In this document: positions 1-11,171 of the stretch, piece after piece
Layout: each line of letters starts with the position of its first letter
How positions within the stretch are numbered: position 1 is the stretch's first letter
Assembly: GCF_000006765.1 (NCBI RefSeq)
Contig: NC_002516.2
Length of the DNA: 64,000 nucleotides
Strand: one strand, 5' to 3'
Origin: Pseudomonas aeruginosa PAO1
GTDB lineage: Bacteria > Pseudomonadota > Gammaproteobacteria > Pseudomonadales > Pseudomonadaceae
Notes under the pieces: generated by a model
Seen by the model: the letters and a program-made list of their open reading frames with translations, nothing else
Database searches by the model: none
What the model was told of the DNA's origin: nothing
Program-made: the position numbers and the translations under genes

Positions 1-2
1 TT

Positions 3-3000
3 TCCCTGGGCTTGCGGCAGGTCGCGGAACTGCGCCTGGGCGCGCCGGACGACGGCGGACGCCAGCGGGTGCTGCAACTGTTCCGGCAGGACCTGGCGGT
101 TGCGCGCATGCAGCGCTACTCGGGCCTGAGGGTCGCCTGTTACGGCAACATGCCTTTCCACTACCGCTCGTTGCGTCCTTTGGCCGAGTGTTTCGAGGAC
201 AGCCTCCTGAGCCTCGACATCGATGAAGTCATGGCCTGGAAACCGGACGTGATAGCGGTGGCCGACGGCTGGTCGGTGGAGTTCTGGCGCGACTACTGCG
301 ATGCGCACAACGTATTGCTGGTCGGCATGCGCCATGGCTCGGTCACCCGCTACGGATTCGCCGAGGGCACCTACCGCTACGCCGACTATCTGTGCGGCAG
401 CGCATGGGACATCGACGACACCCTGGCTTCCTCGGTGATGCCGCGCAACGGTTTCCTGCTGACCGGCAACGCCTGGTGCGACGAGGTGTTCCGGCTGCCC
501 GCGAGAACCCCGGCGGAGAACGCGCCGACCATCCTCTTCGCCCCCACCTACAACCCCGAGATCAGCGCCGCCGTCCACCTCGGCGAGCGTGTGGTGGCAT
601 TGATCCGCAAGGTCTATCCCGCGTCGCGGATCATCATCAAGCCGCATCCCGCCATCGTCCAGCACGAACATGCGTTCGTCAGCGACAAGGATCTGTTCCG
701 CGACCTCATGAAGCTCTGGCGCGAACAGTCACGCACGGACCCGCTGGTCACTCTGGTGGACGACCCCGAGGCGAGCATCGCGGCCAGCTTCGCCGAAGCC
801 GACATTCTGCTGGCGGACCGTTCTTCGCTGATCTTCGAGTTCATGACGCTCGACCGACCGATCCTGCTGTTCTCCCGCGAACAGCGGATCGCCCGCTGGG
901 CCTACAACCCGGAGGCTCCAGGGAACGCCTGGCGCGATATCGGACTGGAGTTCGCCGACGACGAGCAACTGCTCGACCTGCTGGCCAATGCCTTTACCCG
1001 GCACGCGGAGAGTCGCGATACCCAGGAGAACCGCACGCAGCAGCTGTACGGCCGGTTTCGCGACGGACGCAGCGTCCAGAGGGTCGCCGCAGCGATCGCC
1101 GAGGCGCCGCGCTTGCAGATCGTGCTCGACGCGCGGGCCGCTGCGGATGGCGGGCAGCGCCTGGCCGAACATTATGCGGCCTGCTTCGCCCATCGCCGTA
1201 TCGACCTGATCGCTCCGTCCGGCGCGGCATTGCCGGCCGACGTGCGGCGCTTCGATTCGTGGCGGGCCTGGTGCGACGCGGAGGCTGCCACGCTCGAACG
1301 CAGGGCTTCGGCGGTGCTTCTGGTGGAAGACGACGGCCAGTTGCTGCCGGGCAGCGCGCATCAGGTAAGCGCGCTCCTGCCGGCCATCGCCATGGGCCAG
1401 TTGCGGCATGCCCGGCTGGCGTTGGAGGAGCGCGAGGCCGGGCCCGCTGGCGAAACCGACTGGAGCGCCCGCCGCCTGCACAGGTTGCTCGCGCGCCTGC
1501 AGCCGAAGCCGGCCTGGCGTCTGCTGGCGCCCGCGCTGTTGCGCGAGGAACTGGCCGACCTGCCGGACGAAGCGGAGCAGCCGTTGTGGCTGCGCGCCGT
1601 GGCGGCAGCCGAGGCGCCGGTCGAATGGCCCGTCGGGCAGTTGAACCTGTTCGCCGAAGAGGGACTGTTGCGCCAGGGCGACGTGCATATGCTCTGCGCG
1701 CGCGCTCGGCTGCGCGCGGTTCCTTGCGTGTCGGGCCTGCCGCTGCGCCAGCGCCAGGTCGTCCTGCAGGTCACGCCCTTCGCCAGCCAGCTTTACGACC
1801 GTTTCCCGTTCCAGTTGCGCGTGTGCCTTAACGGCCAGCTCTTCAGCCGCGTGAGCGTCGAGGACGCGCGAGCGAAGTCGCTGGTCCTGCCGTTCCGGGG
1901 TGACGAACGCGGTGGCATGACGATCGAACTGGAGTGCGACGGCAGCTATCCGGCTTTCGAAGGCGTTTCCACGCCGGTCTCCCTGCTGCTCCAGACCGCG
2001 TTCCAGCCGGCGCCGGGAGACTATTGCGCGGCCCTCGCGGCCGGCGCAGCGAGCCCGGAGGCGGGGGAGGACCTCCGCAGCGAATACGAGACCTGGCTGC
2101 ACGGGCGCGAAGTGGAGCCGGCCCGCTACCGTCCCTTCATCGACGCTTTGCGACGCGACTCGCGGATCGAAGTCCTGGTGCTTGCCGAGGAGGCCGAGGA
2201 CGCAGACCTCCAGCGCAGCCTGGCGAGCATCGACGGCCAGGCCTTGCCGGCCTGGCGCACGCGGATACTGGGCAGAGCCCCGGCGTTTGCGCGCAAGGGC
2301 CTGGCGTGGCTGGCCGAGGGTGGTTCCGCCGCCGAGCGGATCAACCTGGCGGCGGCCGCCAGCGACGCCGACTGGCTGATCGTCATCCATGCCGGAGACG
2401 AACTGGCGCGTTCCGCGTTGCTCCTGCTGGCGGAAAAGATCCGTACGGAAACCGCGCTGCTGTGCTGCTACAGCGATGAAGACCATGTGTGCGACGGACG
2501 CTACGAGGCACCGTTGCTGAAGCCCGACTTCAACCTCGACCTTCTGCGCAGCTACCCCTACTGCGGTCGTTCCCTGGCCTTCCAGCGTGCCGCCTTGCTG
2601 GCGCAGGGCGGCTTGCAGGAAGGCTTCGGCGATCTGGCGTTGCAGGACTTCATGTTCCGCCTGGCGGAGCGGGAGGGCCTGGATCGTATCGGCCATCTCG
2701 CCGAGGTCCTCTACCACAGCGCTCGCGCCTTCGGAGAATGGCTGGCGAGCGCCGCCGTGCGCCCGTTCATCGCGAGCGTGGTTGACGAGCACCTGAACCG
2801 CCTCGGGGTTCCGCATCGAATCGAGCCGGGCCGGCTGGCGGTGATTAACCGCATCGCCTACGACTATCCGGGGACGCCGGCAGTGTCCCTGCTGCTTCCC
2901 GTGGGAGACAGCCTGAGCGCTCTCCAGCGCAGCGTGGAAAGCTTCCTGGAGAACACCGACTACCCGTCCTACGAATTGCTGCTGGTCGCCTCCGGCCCGC

Positions 3001-4697
3001 TGGCGCCCGACATGGCCGCCTGGCTGGAGGCGGTCCAGGGACTGGGGAGCGAGCAGATCCGGGTGCTCAGCCCGCAGGCTTCGAGCCTGGCCGGGTGCCT
3101 CAACCTCTGCGTGGCCGAGGCCCGAGGCGAATTCCTCCTGTCGTTGGGGGCGGGGGTCGTGGCCCTTCGTCCGGACTGGTTGCGCGAGTTGCTCAACCAC
3201 GGCCGCCGCCCGGAGGTCGGGGCGGTCGGCGGCAAGCTCCTGGGCCTGGACGGAACGATTCGCGAGGCGGGCCTGGTGCTTGGCCTGGGCGGCACGGCGG
3301 GCCGCGCGTTCGCCGGCGAGGCGGGAGACAGCGCCGGCTACATGCATCGCCTGCTGGTCGTCCAGAATCACACGGCTCTGTCGGCTTCCTGCCTGTTGTT
3401 CAAGCGCTCGCTGCACGACGAACTCGGCGGCTTCGACGAGAACGACTTCGCTCATGGCCACGCCGACGTCGATTTCAGCCTGCGTGCCCGCCAGCTCGGC
3501 TACCTGTCGGTGTGGACGCCCTATGCAATCCTGGCCCAGAACGGAAACGTCGAGCTGCCTTCCGTGGAGGCCGATGAGTCGCTCTACCGGCGCTGGCTAC
3601 CGGCATTGGCGCGGGATCCCGCGTACAACCGCAATCTCAGCCTGGAGGGGGCCGGGTTCGCCCTGGAGCGCCCCGAGGTACCGGCCTGGCAACCGCTGTT
3701 CGGACGGTCGCCGCTGCCGCGGGTCCTGGCGCATCCTGCCGATCCCTACGGTTGTGGCCACTATCGCGTGCGTCAGCCGTTCCGCGCGCTGCACGACGCC
3801 GGCCTGCTGGACGGCATGCTCAGCGAGTCGCTCCTGCAGCCGGTGGCGTTGGAGCGCCTGGAGGTCGACAGCGTGATTCTCCAGCGGCAGATCAGCGAAG
3901 AGCAGTTGCGGGCCATTTCCCGGATGCGGTCGTTCAACCGCGCCTTCCGGGTCTACGAACTGGACGACTATCTGCCCGAGCTGCCGCTGAAGAGCCTGCA
4001 TCGGGCCGAGATGCCCGGCGACATTCGCCAGATCCTCGGTCGTGCCCTGGGCCTGGCGGACCGTTTCGTGGTCTCGACCGAACCGTTGGCGGAGGCATTC
4101 CGGCGCATGCACGGGGACATCCGGGTCGTGCCGAACCGCCTTCCGTTGCCCTGGTGGCGCGACCTTTCCAGTCGGCGCCGGGACGCAGAGCGGCCACGGG
4201 TCGGATGGGCCGGCGGGATCGGCCATGGCGGCGATCTCGAGGTGATCGCCGAGGTCGTGCGCGAGCTGGCGGACGAGGTGGACTGGGTGTTCTTCGGATT
4301 CTGCCCGGATGCCTTGCGTCCCTATGTGCGCGAATACCATCCGGGGGTGGAGATCGAACGCTATCCCGCCTACCTGGCCAGCCTCGACCTTGATCTCGCC
4401 CTGGCGCCGTTGGAGCAGAACCGCTTCAACGAGTGCAAGAGCAACCTGCGCCTCCTGGAGTACGGCGTGCTCGGCTTCCCGGTGATCTGCAGCGACGTGC
4501 TTTGCTATCGCGACAGTCTCCCGGTCACGCGGGTGAAGAACCGTTCCAGGGACTGGCTGGAGGCGATCCGCGCGCACCTGGCCGATGCAGACGCCAACGC
4601 CGCGGCCGGCGCGCAGTTGCGCGAGGCGGTGCGCCGCGACTGGATGCTCGAAGGCGCGCATCTCGAGGCATGGGCGGCAGCCTGGCTGCCGGACTGA
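3..4697 (+). CDS. fgtA: Flagellin glycosyltransferase FgtA (5'-truncated; TagF-like phosphotransferase domain, GT2 domains and a C-terminal GT-B-like domain)
   Basis: Frame is open from the window start. TagB/TagF-like motifs (FAPTY, IKPHP, ADILLADRSSLIFEF..LDRP) and GT2 motifs (YSDED, AVGGKLL..DGTIREAG, DVDFSLR). Lies directly upstream of b-type fliC. Confidence 0.92.
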   Translation, partial: SLGLRQVAELRLGAPDDGGRQRVLQLFRQDLAVARMQRYSGLRVACYGNMPFHYRSLRPLAECFEDSLLSLDIDEVMAWKPDVIAVADGWSVEFWRDYCDAHNVLLVGMRHGSVTRYGFAEGTYRYADYLCGSAWDIDDTLASSVMPRNGFLLTGNAWCDEVFRLPARTPAENAPTILFAPTYNPEISAAVHLGERVVALIRKVYPASRIIIKPHPAIVQHEHAFVSDKDLFRDLMKLWREQSRTDPLVTLVDDPEASIAASFAEADILLADRSSLIFEFMTLDRPILLFSREQRIARWAYNPEAPGNAWRDIGLEFADDEQLLDLLANAFTRHAESRDTQENRTQQLYGRFRDGRSVQRVAAAIAEAPRLQIVLDARAAADGGQRLAEHYAACFAHRRIDLIAPSGAALPADVRRFDSWRAWCDAEAATLERRASAVLLVEDDGQLLPGSAHQVSALLPAIAMGQLRHARLALEEREAGPAGETDWSARRLHRLLARLQPKPAWRLLAPALLREELADLPDEAEQPLWLRAVAAAEAPVEWPVGQLNLFAEEGLLRQGDVHMLCARARLRAVPCVSGLPLRQRQVVLQVTPFASQLYDRFPFQLRVCLNGQLFSRVSVEDARAKSLVLPFRGDERGGMTIELECDGSYPAFEGVSTPVSLLLQTAFQPAPGDYCAALAAGAASPEAGEDLRSEYETWLHGREVEPARYRPFIDALRRDSRIEVLVLAEEAEDADLQRSLASIDGQALPAWRTRILGRAPAFARKGLAWLAEGGSAAERINLAAAASDADWLIVIHAGDELARSALLLLAEKIRTETALLCCYSDEDHVCDGRYEAPLLKPDFNLDLLRSYPYCGRSLAFQRAALLAQGGLQEGFGDLALQDFMFRLAEREGLDRIGHLAEVLYHSARAFGEWLASAAVRPFIASVVDEHLNRLGVPHRIEPGRLAVINRIAYDYPGTPAVSLLLPVGDSLSALQRSVESFLENTDYPSYELLLVASGPLAPDMAAWLEAVQGLGSEQIRVLSPQASSLAGCLNLCVAEARGEFLLSLGAGVVALRPDWLRELLNHGRRPEVGAVGGKLLGLDGTIREAGLVLGLGGTAGRAFAGEAGDSAGYMHRLLVVQNHTALSASCLLFKRSLHDELGGFDENDFAHGHADVDFSLRARQLGYLSVWTPYAILAQNGNVELPSVEADESLYRRWLPALARDPAYNRNLSLEGAGFALERPEVPAWQPLFGRSPLPRVLAHPADPYGCGHYRVRQPFRALHDAGLLDGMLSESLLQPVALERLEVDSVILQRQISEEQLRAISRMRSFNRAFRVYELDDYLPELPLKSLHRAEMPGDIRQILGRALGLADRFVVSTEPLAEAFRRMHGDIRVVPNRLPLPWWRDLSSRRRDAERPRVGWAGGIGHGGDLEVIAEVVRELADEVDWVFFGFCPDALRPYVREYHPGVEIERYPAYLASLDLDLALAPLEQNRFNECKSNLRLLEYGVLGFPVICSDVLCYRDSLPVTRVKNRSRDWLEAIRAHLADADANAAAGAQLREAVRRDWMLEGAHLEAWAAAWLPD

Positions 4698-4717
4698 ATC
4701 CGGGTTTTTCTCGAACG

Positions 4718-4748
4718 AGGCCGGTGGCGCAAGCCATCGGCCTTTTTT
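4718..4748 (+). terminator. Intrinsic terminator after fgtA
   Basis: AGGCCGGTGGC-GCAA-GCCATCGGCCT followed by TTTTT; GNRA loop. Confidence 0.85.
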
Positions 4749-4780
4749 CATGCCCGGCGTGCCCTGTTGCACGGGAGGGC

Positions 4781-4807
4781 TAAAGAAAATCGCCGGGGGG
4801 TCGATGC
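4781..4807 (+). promoter_or_regulatory. Candidate second, upstream sigma28 (FliA) promoter
   Basis: TAAA-N15-GTCGATGC versus consensus TAAA-N15-GCCGATAA; exact spacing, 5/8 in the -10 box. Confidence 0.45.
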
Positions 4808-4936
4808 AATGGGTGTCGGAACTTCCACCCTCTGCCGGACCAACCGGGGGCGGTTCAGGACCGATATTGGCGAGTCCTCTTCGAAGCATGTAACCCACTG
4901 AAGAGGAAGAGAAAAAGAAAATGTTGATTTTTTCTC

Positions 4937-4963
4937 TAAAGCTCCGCCGGGAAACGCCGATAA
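4937..4963 (+). promoter_or_regulatory. sigma28 (FliA) promoter of fliC
   Basis: Perfect TAAA(G)-N15-GCCGATAA about 95 nt upstream of the fliC ATG. Confidence 0.93.
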
Positions 4964-5057
4964 ACACCATGAACGCGAATTCTTGGGGCACCTGAGCAAG
5001 CAGGCCGAGAGATCGCAAGCTCAGGTAACCGAAATAGGTCCTTTGGAGGAAATCACC

Positions 5058-6524
5058 ATGGCCCTTACAGTCAACACGAACATTGCTTCCCTGAACACTC
5101 AGCGCAACCTGAATGCTTCTTCCAACGACCTCAACACCTCGTTGCAGCGTCTGACCACCGGCTACCGCATCAACAGTGCCAAGGACGATGCTGCCGGCCT
5201 GCAGATCTCCAACCGCCTGTCCAACCAGATCAGCGGTCTGAACGTTGCCACCCGCAACGCCAACGACGGCATCTCCCTGGCGCAGACCGCTGAAGGTGCC
5301 CTGCAGCAGTCCACCAATATCCTGCAGCGTATCCGCGACCTGGCCCTGCAATCCGCCAACGGCTCCAACAGCGACGCCGACCGTGCCGCCCTGCAGAAAG
5401 AAGTCGCTGCGCAACAGGCCGAACTGACCCGTATCTCCGATACCACCACCTTCGGTGGCCGCAAGCTGCTCGACGGCTCCTTCGGCACCACCAGCTTCCA
5501 GGTCGGTTCCAACGCCTACGAGACCATTGACATCAGCCTGCAGAATGCCTCTGCCAGCGCCATCGGTTCTTACCAGGTCGGCAGCAACGGCGCGGGTACC
5601 GTCGCCAGCGTAGCGGGCACCGCGACCGCTTCGGGCATCGCCTCGGGCACCGTCAACCTGGTCGGTGGCGGTCAGGTGAAGAACATCGCCATCGCCGCCG
5701 GCGATAGCGCCAAGGCCATCGCCGAGAAGATGGACGGTGCGATCCCGAACCTGTCGGCTCGTGCCCGTACCGTGTTCACCGCTGATGTCAGCGGCGTGAC
5801 CGGTGGTTCGCTGAACTTCGACGTAACCGTTGGCAGCAACACCGTGAGCCTGGCAGGCGTGACCTCCACTCAGGATCTGGCCGACCAACTGAACTCCAAC
5901 TCGTCGAAGCTGGGCATCACTGCCAGCATCAACGACAAGGGTGTACTGACCATCACCTCCGCTACCGGCGAGAACGTCAAGTTCGGTGCGCAGACCGGTA
6001 CCGCTACTGCCGGTCAGGTCGCAGTGAAGGTCCAGGGTTCCGACGGCAAGTTCGAAGCGGCCGCCAAGAACGTGGTAGCTGCCGGTACTGCCGCTACCAC
6101 CACCATCGTGACCGGCTACGTGCAACTGAACTCGCCGACCGCCTACTCGGTCAGCGGTACCGGCACCCAGGCTTCGCAGGTCTTCGGCAACGCCAGCGCC
6201 GCGCAGAAGAGCAGCGTTGCCAGCGTCGACATCTCCACTGCCGACGGCGCCCAGAACGCCATCGCGGTAGTCGATAACGCCCTGGCTGCGATCGACGCCC
6301 AGCGTGCTGACCTCGGTGCTGTTCAGAACCGCTTCAAGAACACTATCGACAACCTGACCAACATCTCGGAAAACGCTACCAACGCTCGTAGCCGCATCAA
6401 GGACACCGACTTCGCTGCCGAAACCGCGGCGCTGTCGAAGAACCAGGTGCTGCAACAGGCCGGTACCGCGATCCTGGCCCAGGCCAACCAGCTGCCGCAG
6501 GCGGTCCTGAGCCTGCTGCGCTAA
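5058..6524 (+). CDS. fliC: b-type flagellin FliC, 488 aa
   Basis: [19 protein letters not shown]-terminus, [15 protein letters not shown]-terminus; GGAGG SD before ATG 5058; 488 aa fits the b type. Confidence 0.99.
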   Translation: MALTVNTNIASLNTQRNLNASSNDLNTSLQRLTTGYRINSAKDDAAGLQISNRLSNQISGLNVATRNANDGISLAQTAEGALQQSTNILQRIRDLALQSANGSNSDADRAALQKEVAAQQAELTRISDTTTFGGRKLLDGSFGTTSFQVGSNAYETIDISLQNASASAIGSYQVGSNGAGTVASVAGTATASGIASGTVNLVGGGQVKNIAIAAGDSAKAIAEKMDGAIPNLSARARTVFTADVSGVTGGSLNFDVTVGSNTVSLAGVTSTQDLADQLNSNSSKLGITASINDKGVLTITSATGENVKFGAQTGTATAGQVAVKVQGSDGKFEAAAKNVVAAGTAATTTIVTGYVQLNSPTAYSVSGTGTQASQVFGNASAAQKSSVASVDISTADGAQNAIAVVDNALAAIDAQRADLGAVQNRFKNTIDNLTNISENATNARSRIKDTDFAAETAALSKNQVLQQAGTAILAQANQLPQAVLSLLR

Positions 6525-6552
6525 GCCCGGGAACGGTCACTCACGCGGTACT

Positions 6553-6582
6553 GGGAGGAAGGGGTGACCCTTCCTCCCTTTT
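6553..6582 (+). terminator. Terminator-like hairpin after fliC
   Basis: GGGAGGAAGGG-GTGA-CCCTTCTCCC followed by TTTTT. Confidence 0.75.
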
Positions 6583-6602
6583 CCCTTTGCGAGGCATGAG
6601 AA

Positions 6603-6974
6603 ATGGACGTCGGAAATATCACTTCCCTTTCTACGTTCAAGACCGGCAGGGCCCCGGAGGCCAGCGGCGATATCTTTGCGCCGCGCAGCGCAGCGGATGG
6701 CAGCGGCAAACCGTTGCCGGAAGTGACGGCTTCCCGGGAGGCCAGCGAATCTCGCGATGACCTGGGGCTCGCCGTCAGCGACATCCAGTCTTTCGTGCAG
6801 AGCGTCAAGCGCAACTTGAACTTCAGCATCGACGACTCCTCTGGCCAGGTCGTGGTCAAGGTGATCGACGGTGACTCGGGCGAAGTCGTGCGGCAAATCC
6901 CTTCCGAAGAAGTACTAAAACTTGCCGCCCGGCTCGACGACGTACACAGTGTCCTGTTCGAAACCCGCGCCTGA
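6603..6974 (+). CDS. flaG: FlaG family flagellar protein
   Basis: 123 aa with LNFSIDDSSGQVVVKVIDGDSGEVVRQIPSEE FlaG motif, between fliC and fliD. Confidence 0.9.
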   Translation: MDVGNITSLSTFKTGRAPEASGDIFAPRSAADGSGKPLPEVTASREASESRDDLGLAVSDIQSFVQSVKRNLNFSIDDSSGQVVVKVIDGDSGEVVRQIPSEEVLKLAARLDDVHSVLFETRA

Positions 6975-6992
6975 CGCGCGGGTTGAACGACT

Positions 6993-7007
6993 TGGCATGG
7001 TGCTTGC
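6993..7007 (+). promoter_or_regulatory. sigma54 -24/-12 promoter of fliD
   Basis: TGGCAT-GGTGC-TTGC (GG-N10-GC). Confidence 0.8.
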
Positions 7008-7059
7008 CCTATCGAAGGGATAGGGCAGTACATGCACGGTTTTTTGACGGAGATGGATT

Positions 7060-8484
7060 ATGGCCGGTATCTCGATAGGAGTAGGCTCGACCGATTACAC
7101 CGATCTGGTGAACAAGATGGTGAACCTGGAGGGCGCGGCTAAGACCAACCAGCTCGCCACCCTGGAGAAGACCACCACTACTCGTCTCACTGCCCTGGGC
7201 CAGTTCAAGAGTGCGATCAGCGCGTTCCAGACGGCGCTCACGGCGCTGAACAGCAATGCTGTGTTCATGGCGCGCACCGCCAAGTCTTCCAACGAAGACA
7301 TTCTCAAGGCGAGCGCCACCCAGAGCGCGGTGGCTGGCACCTACCAGATCCAGGTCAACAGCCTTGCCACCAGCAGCAAGATTGCCCTCCAGGCCATCGC
7401 CGATCCGGCCAATGCCAAGTTCAACAGCGGTACGCTGAACATCTCCGTCGGCGACACCAAGCTGCCGGCGATCACCGTCGACTCCAGCAACAACACGCTG
7501 GCCGGCATGCGTGACGCCATCAATCAGGCCGGCAAGGAAGCGGGCGTCAGCGCCACCATCATTACCGACAACTCCGGCTCGCGTCTGGTGCTGAGCAGCA
7601 CCAAGACCGGCGACGGCAAGGACATCAAGGTCGAGGTCAGCGATGACGGCAGCGGCGGCAATACGTCGCTCAGTCAACTGGCCTTCGATCCCGCGACGGC
7701 TCCCAAGCTCAGCGACGGCGCCGCTGCCGGCTACGTGACCAAGGCGGCAAACGGTGAAATCACCGTCGACGGCCTCAAGCGCAGCATCGCCTCCAACAGC
7801 GTGAGCGACGTCATTGACGGCGTCAGCTTCGACGTGAAAGCCGTCACCGAAGCCGGCAAGCCGATCACCCTGACTGTTTCCCGGGACGATGCCGGGGTGA
7901 AGGACAACGTCAAGAAGTTCGTCGAGGCCTACAACACCCTCACCAAGTTCATCAACGAACAGACCGTGGTGACCAAGGTCGGCGAAGACAAGAATCCGGT
8001 CACTGGTGCTCTGCTCGGCGATGCCTCCGTCCGTGCGCTGGTCAACACCATGCGCAGCGAACTGATCGCCTCCAACGAGAACGGCAGCGTACGCAACCTT
8101 GCCGCCCTCGGAATCACCACGACCAAGGACGGTACGCTGGAGATCGACGAGAAGAAGCTCGACAAGGCGATCAGCGCCGACTTCGAAGGCGTTGCCAGCT
8201 ACTTCACCGGCGATACCGGCCTGGCCAAGCGCCTGGGCGATAAGATGAAGCCCTACACCGACGCCCAGGGGATTCTCGACCAGCGCACCACGACCTTGCA
8301 GAAGACCCTCAGCAACGTCGACACGCAGAAGGCTGATCTGGCCAAGCGGCTGGCGGCGCTGCAGGAGAAACTGACCACTCAGTTCAACCTGCTTTCCGCG
8401 ATGCAGGATGAAATGACCAAGCGTCAGAAGAGCATCACGGACAACCTCGCCAGCCTGCCTTACGGCAGCGGCAAGAAGACCTGA
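7060..8484 (+). CDS. fliD: Flagellar filament cap FliD (HAP2), b-type, 474 aa
   Basis: HAP2 N- and C-terminal motifs; position after flaG. Confidence 0.97.
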   Translation: MAGISIGVGSTDYTDLVNKMVNLEGAAKTNQLATLEKTTTTRLTALGQFKSAISAFQTALTALNSNAVFMARTAKSSNEDILKASATQSAVAGTYQIQVNSLATSSKIALQAIADPANAKFNSGTLNISVGDTKLPAITVDSSNNTLAGMRDAINQAGKEAGVSATIITDNSGSRLVLSSTKTGDGKDIKVEVSDDGSGGNTSLSQLAFDPATAPKLSDGAAAGYVTKAANGEITVDGLKRSIASNSVSDVIDGVSFDVKAVTEAGKPITLTVSRDDAGVKDNVKKFVEAYNTLTKFINEQTVVTKVGEDKNPVTGALLGDASVRALVNTMRSELIASNENGSVRNLAALGITTTKDGTLEIDEKKLDKAISADFEGVASYFTGDTGLAKRLGDKMKPYTDAQGILDQRTTTLQKTLSNVDTQKADLAKRLAALQEKLTTQFNLLSAMQDEMTKRQKSITDNLASLPYGSGKKT

Positions 8485-8545
8485 TTCGCTGGCTGGCGGT
8501 GCGGCCCAAGGCCGTATCGCCGGCAAAAAAACCTCCCGCCCACCG

Positions 8546-8572
8546 TAAAGCTCCCGCGCTCCTTGCCGATAA
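8546..8572 (+). promoter_or_regulatory. Internal sigma28 promoter upstream of fliS
   Basis: Perfect TAAA(G)-N15-GCCGATAA; shares TAAAGCTCC with the fliC promoter. Confidence 0.85.
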
Positions 8573-8605
8573 CTTGGTCATAGCGAAGCCCACTGGGAGC
8601 GGTCC

Positions 8606-8986
8606 ATGTACGCGATGAAAGCGATGAAGCAATACCAGCAGGTCAGCATCGAGGCTCAGGTTTCCGATGCCAACCCGCACCGTCTGATCCAACTGCTCAT
8701 GCAGGGTGGTCTGGAGCGTCTGGCCCAGGCGCGTGGTGCGATGGAGCGGGAGCAGATCCCGGAAAAGGGGATCCTGATCGGCAAGGCCATCGGCATCATC
8801 GGCGGCCTTCGCGAAGCGCTGGACAGCGAGCGTGGTGGCGAGCTAGCCGGCAATCTGGATCGTCTCTACGAGTACATGATCGCTCGTCTGGTCGAGGCCA
8901 ATACCAGCAACGATACCAGCCTGCTAGACGAAGTCAGCGCCCTGTTGTTGGAAGTGAAGTCCGGTTGGGACGGTATTTCGCACTGA
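8606..8986 (+). CDS. fliS: Flagellin export chaperone FliS
   Basis: ANPHRLIQLLMQG and NLDRLYEYM FliS motifs; 126 aa. Confidence 0.95.
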   Translation: MYAMKAMKQYQQVSIEAQVSDANPHRLIQLLMQGGLERLAQARGAMEREQIPEKGILIGKAIGIIGGLREALDSERGGELAGNLDRLYEYMIARLVEANTSNDTSLLDEVSALLLEVKSGWDGISH

Positions 8987-9008
8987 AAGAGATGTAAAGG
9001 GATCGGTT

Positions 9009-9305
9009 ATGAGCCAAGCCACGCAACAACTGGATGAAACCCGACTCGCCCTGGCCGATGCGTTGCAGGCCGGCAACTGGGATGCCATCGGTGAGCTGGA
9101 TCAGGTCTGTCAGGTCAAGATCGACCAGGCCATGCATGATGACGAGCGCGACGAGCAGGCCTTGCGCGTGAGCCTGGAGCAGTTGCTCAGCTTGTACAAC
9201 GATATGCTCAGCGCTTGCCGGCAGCAGCGCGAAGCGATCGGTGCGGAGCTGACCGGTCTGCAGCGTGCGAGTAAAGGCGCCAAGGTCTACCAGATGTTCG
9301 GATAA
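9009..9305 (+). CDS. fleP: FleP (FliT-like) flagellar protein
   Basis: 98-aa helical protein after fliS, at the known fleP position. Confidence 0.8.
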   Translation: MSQATQQLDETRLALADALQAGNWDAIGELDQVCQVKIDQAMHDDERDEQALRVSLEQLLSLYNDMLSACRQQREAIGAELTGLQRASKGAKVYQMFG

Positions 9306-9369
9306 GTTTTTCATGGCTTTGTGCCGTTACTTTGGCGCAAGGCTTTTCGGAAAAATTTACATATCCCCC

Positions 9370-9416
9370 AAAACCCCTGCCAGTACTGCTTTCCATGCGG
9401 TCTGTAGGGGTTTTTT
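9370..9416 (+). terminator. Long hairpin with U-tract after fleP
   Basis: AAAACCCCTGC...GTAGGGGTTTTTT inverted repeat; A-tract on the other side could serve the minus strand. Confidence 0.6.
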
Positions 9417-9452
9417 ATTGCCTCTCCCTGTCGGAAACAGCAAAAAAAACAC

Positions 9453-9491
9453 GCCATAAAATTGACTAATCGTTCACATTTGACTTAACTA
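9453..9491 (+). promoter_or_regulatory. fleQ promoter: TTGACT -35, FleQ-box-like site and CRP/Vfr-like half site
   Basis: GCCATAAAATTGAC (9453-9466) resembles the FleQ consensus GTCaNTAAAtTGAC; TGACT-AATCGT-TCACATTT (9463-9481) has a perfect CRP/Vfr right half-site; TTGACT occurs at 9462 and 9480. Confidence 0.6.
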
Positions 9492-9586
9492 GTGGCCAAA
9501 TGCTGGCTGCTTATTAGAAATAGGCATTAGTCCCAGCCCTCTTTCGGGTCGAGCGAGACCCATTCGATGCAAGGCAGCTGATCAAA

Positions 9587-11059
<1,473 letters not shown>

Positions 11060-11102
11060 CAGGTCGTTTCGCAACGCTTTGATTTTCAAATGAAAAAAAT
11101 TT

Positions 11103-11117
11103 AGGCACGGGTATTGC
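11103..11117 (+). promoter_or_regulatory. sigma54 promoter of fleSR
   Basis: AGGCAC-GGGTA-TTGC (GG-N10-GC). Confidence 0.85.
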
Positions 11118-11171
11118 TATATCTCCGTCGACCGACAGAACCATGACGTCGCGCCGACCGAGAGAAACGCA

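Noticed and set aside
4983-5057. N-terminal extensions in the ORF track (fliC, fliE, dgt, rhlC, hchA, Fe-ADH, tpbB and others)
   Set aside because: Downstream ATGs have proper SD sequences and give the conserved family N-termini and lengths.
5058-9305. Codon and GC shift over fliC-fleP as a possible recent horizontal insertion
   Set aside because: Explained by high-expression codon bias and the known a/b-type flagellin allelic region; no integrase, IS or flanking repeats seen.
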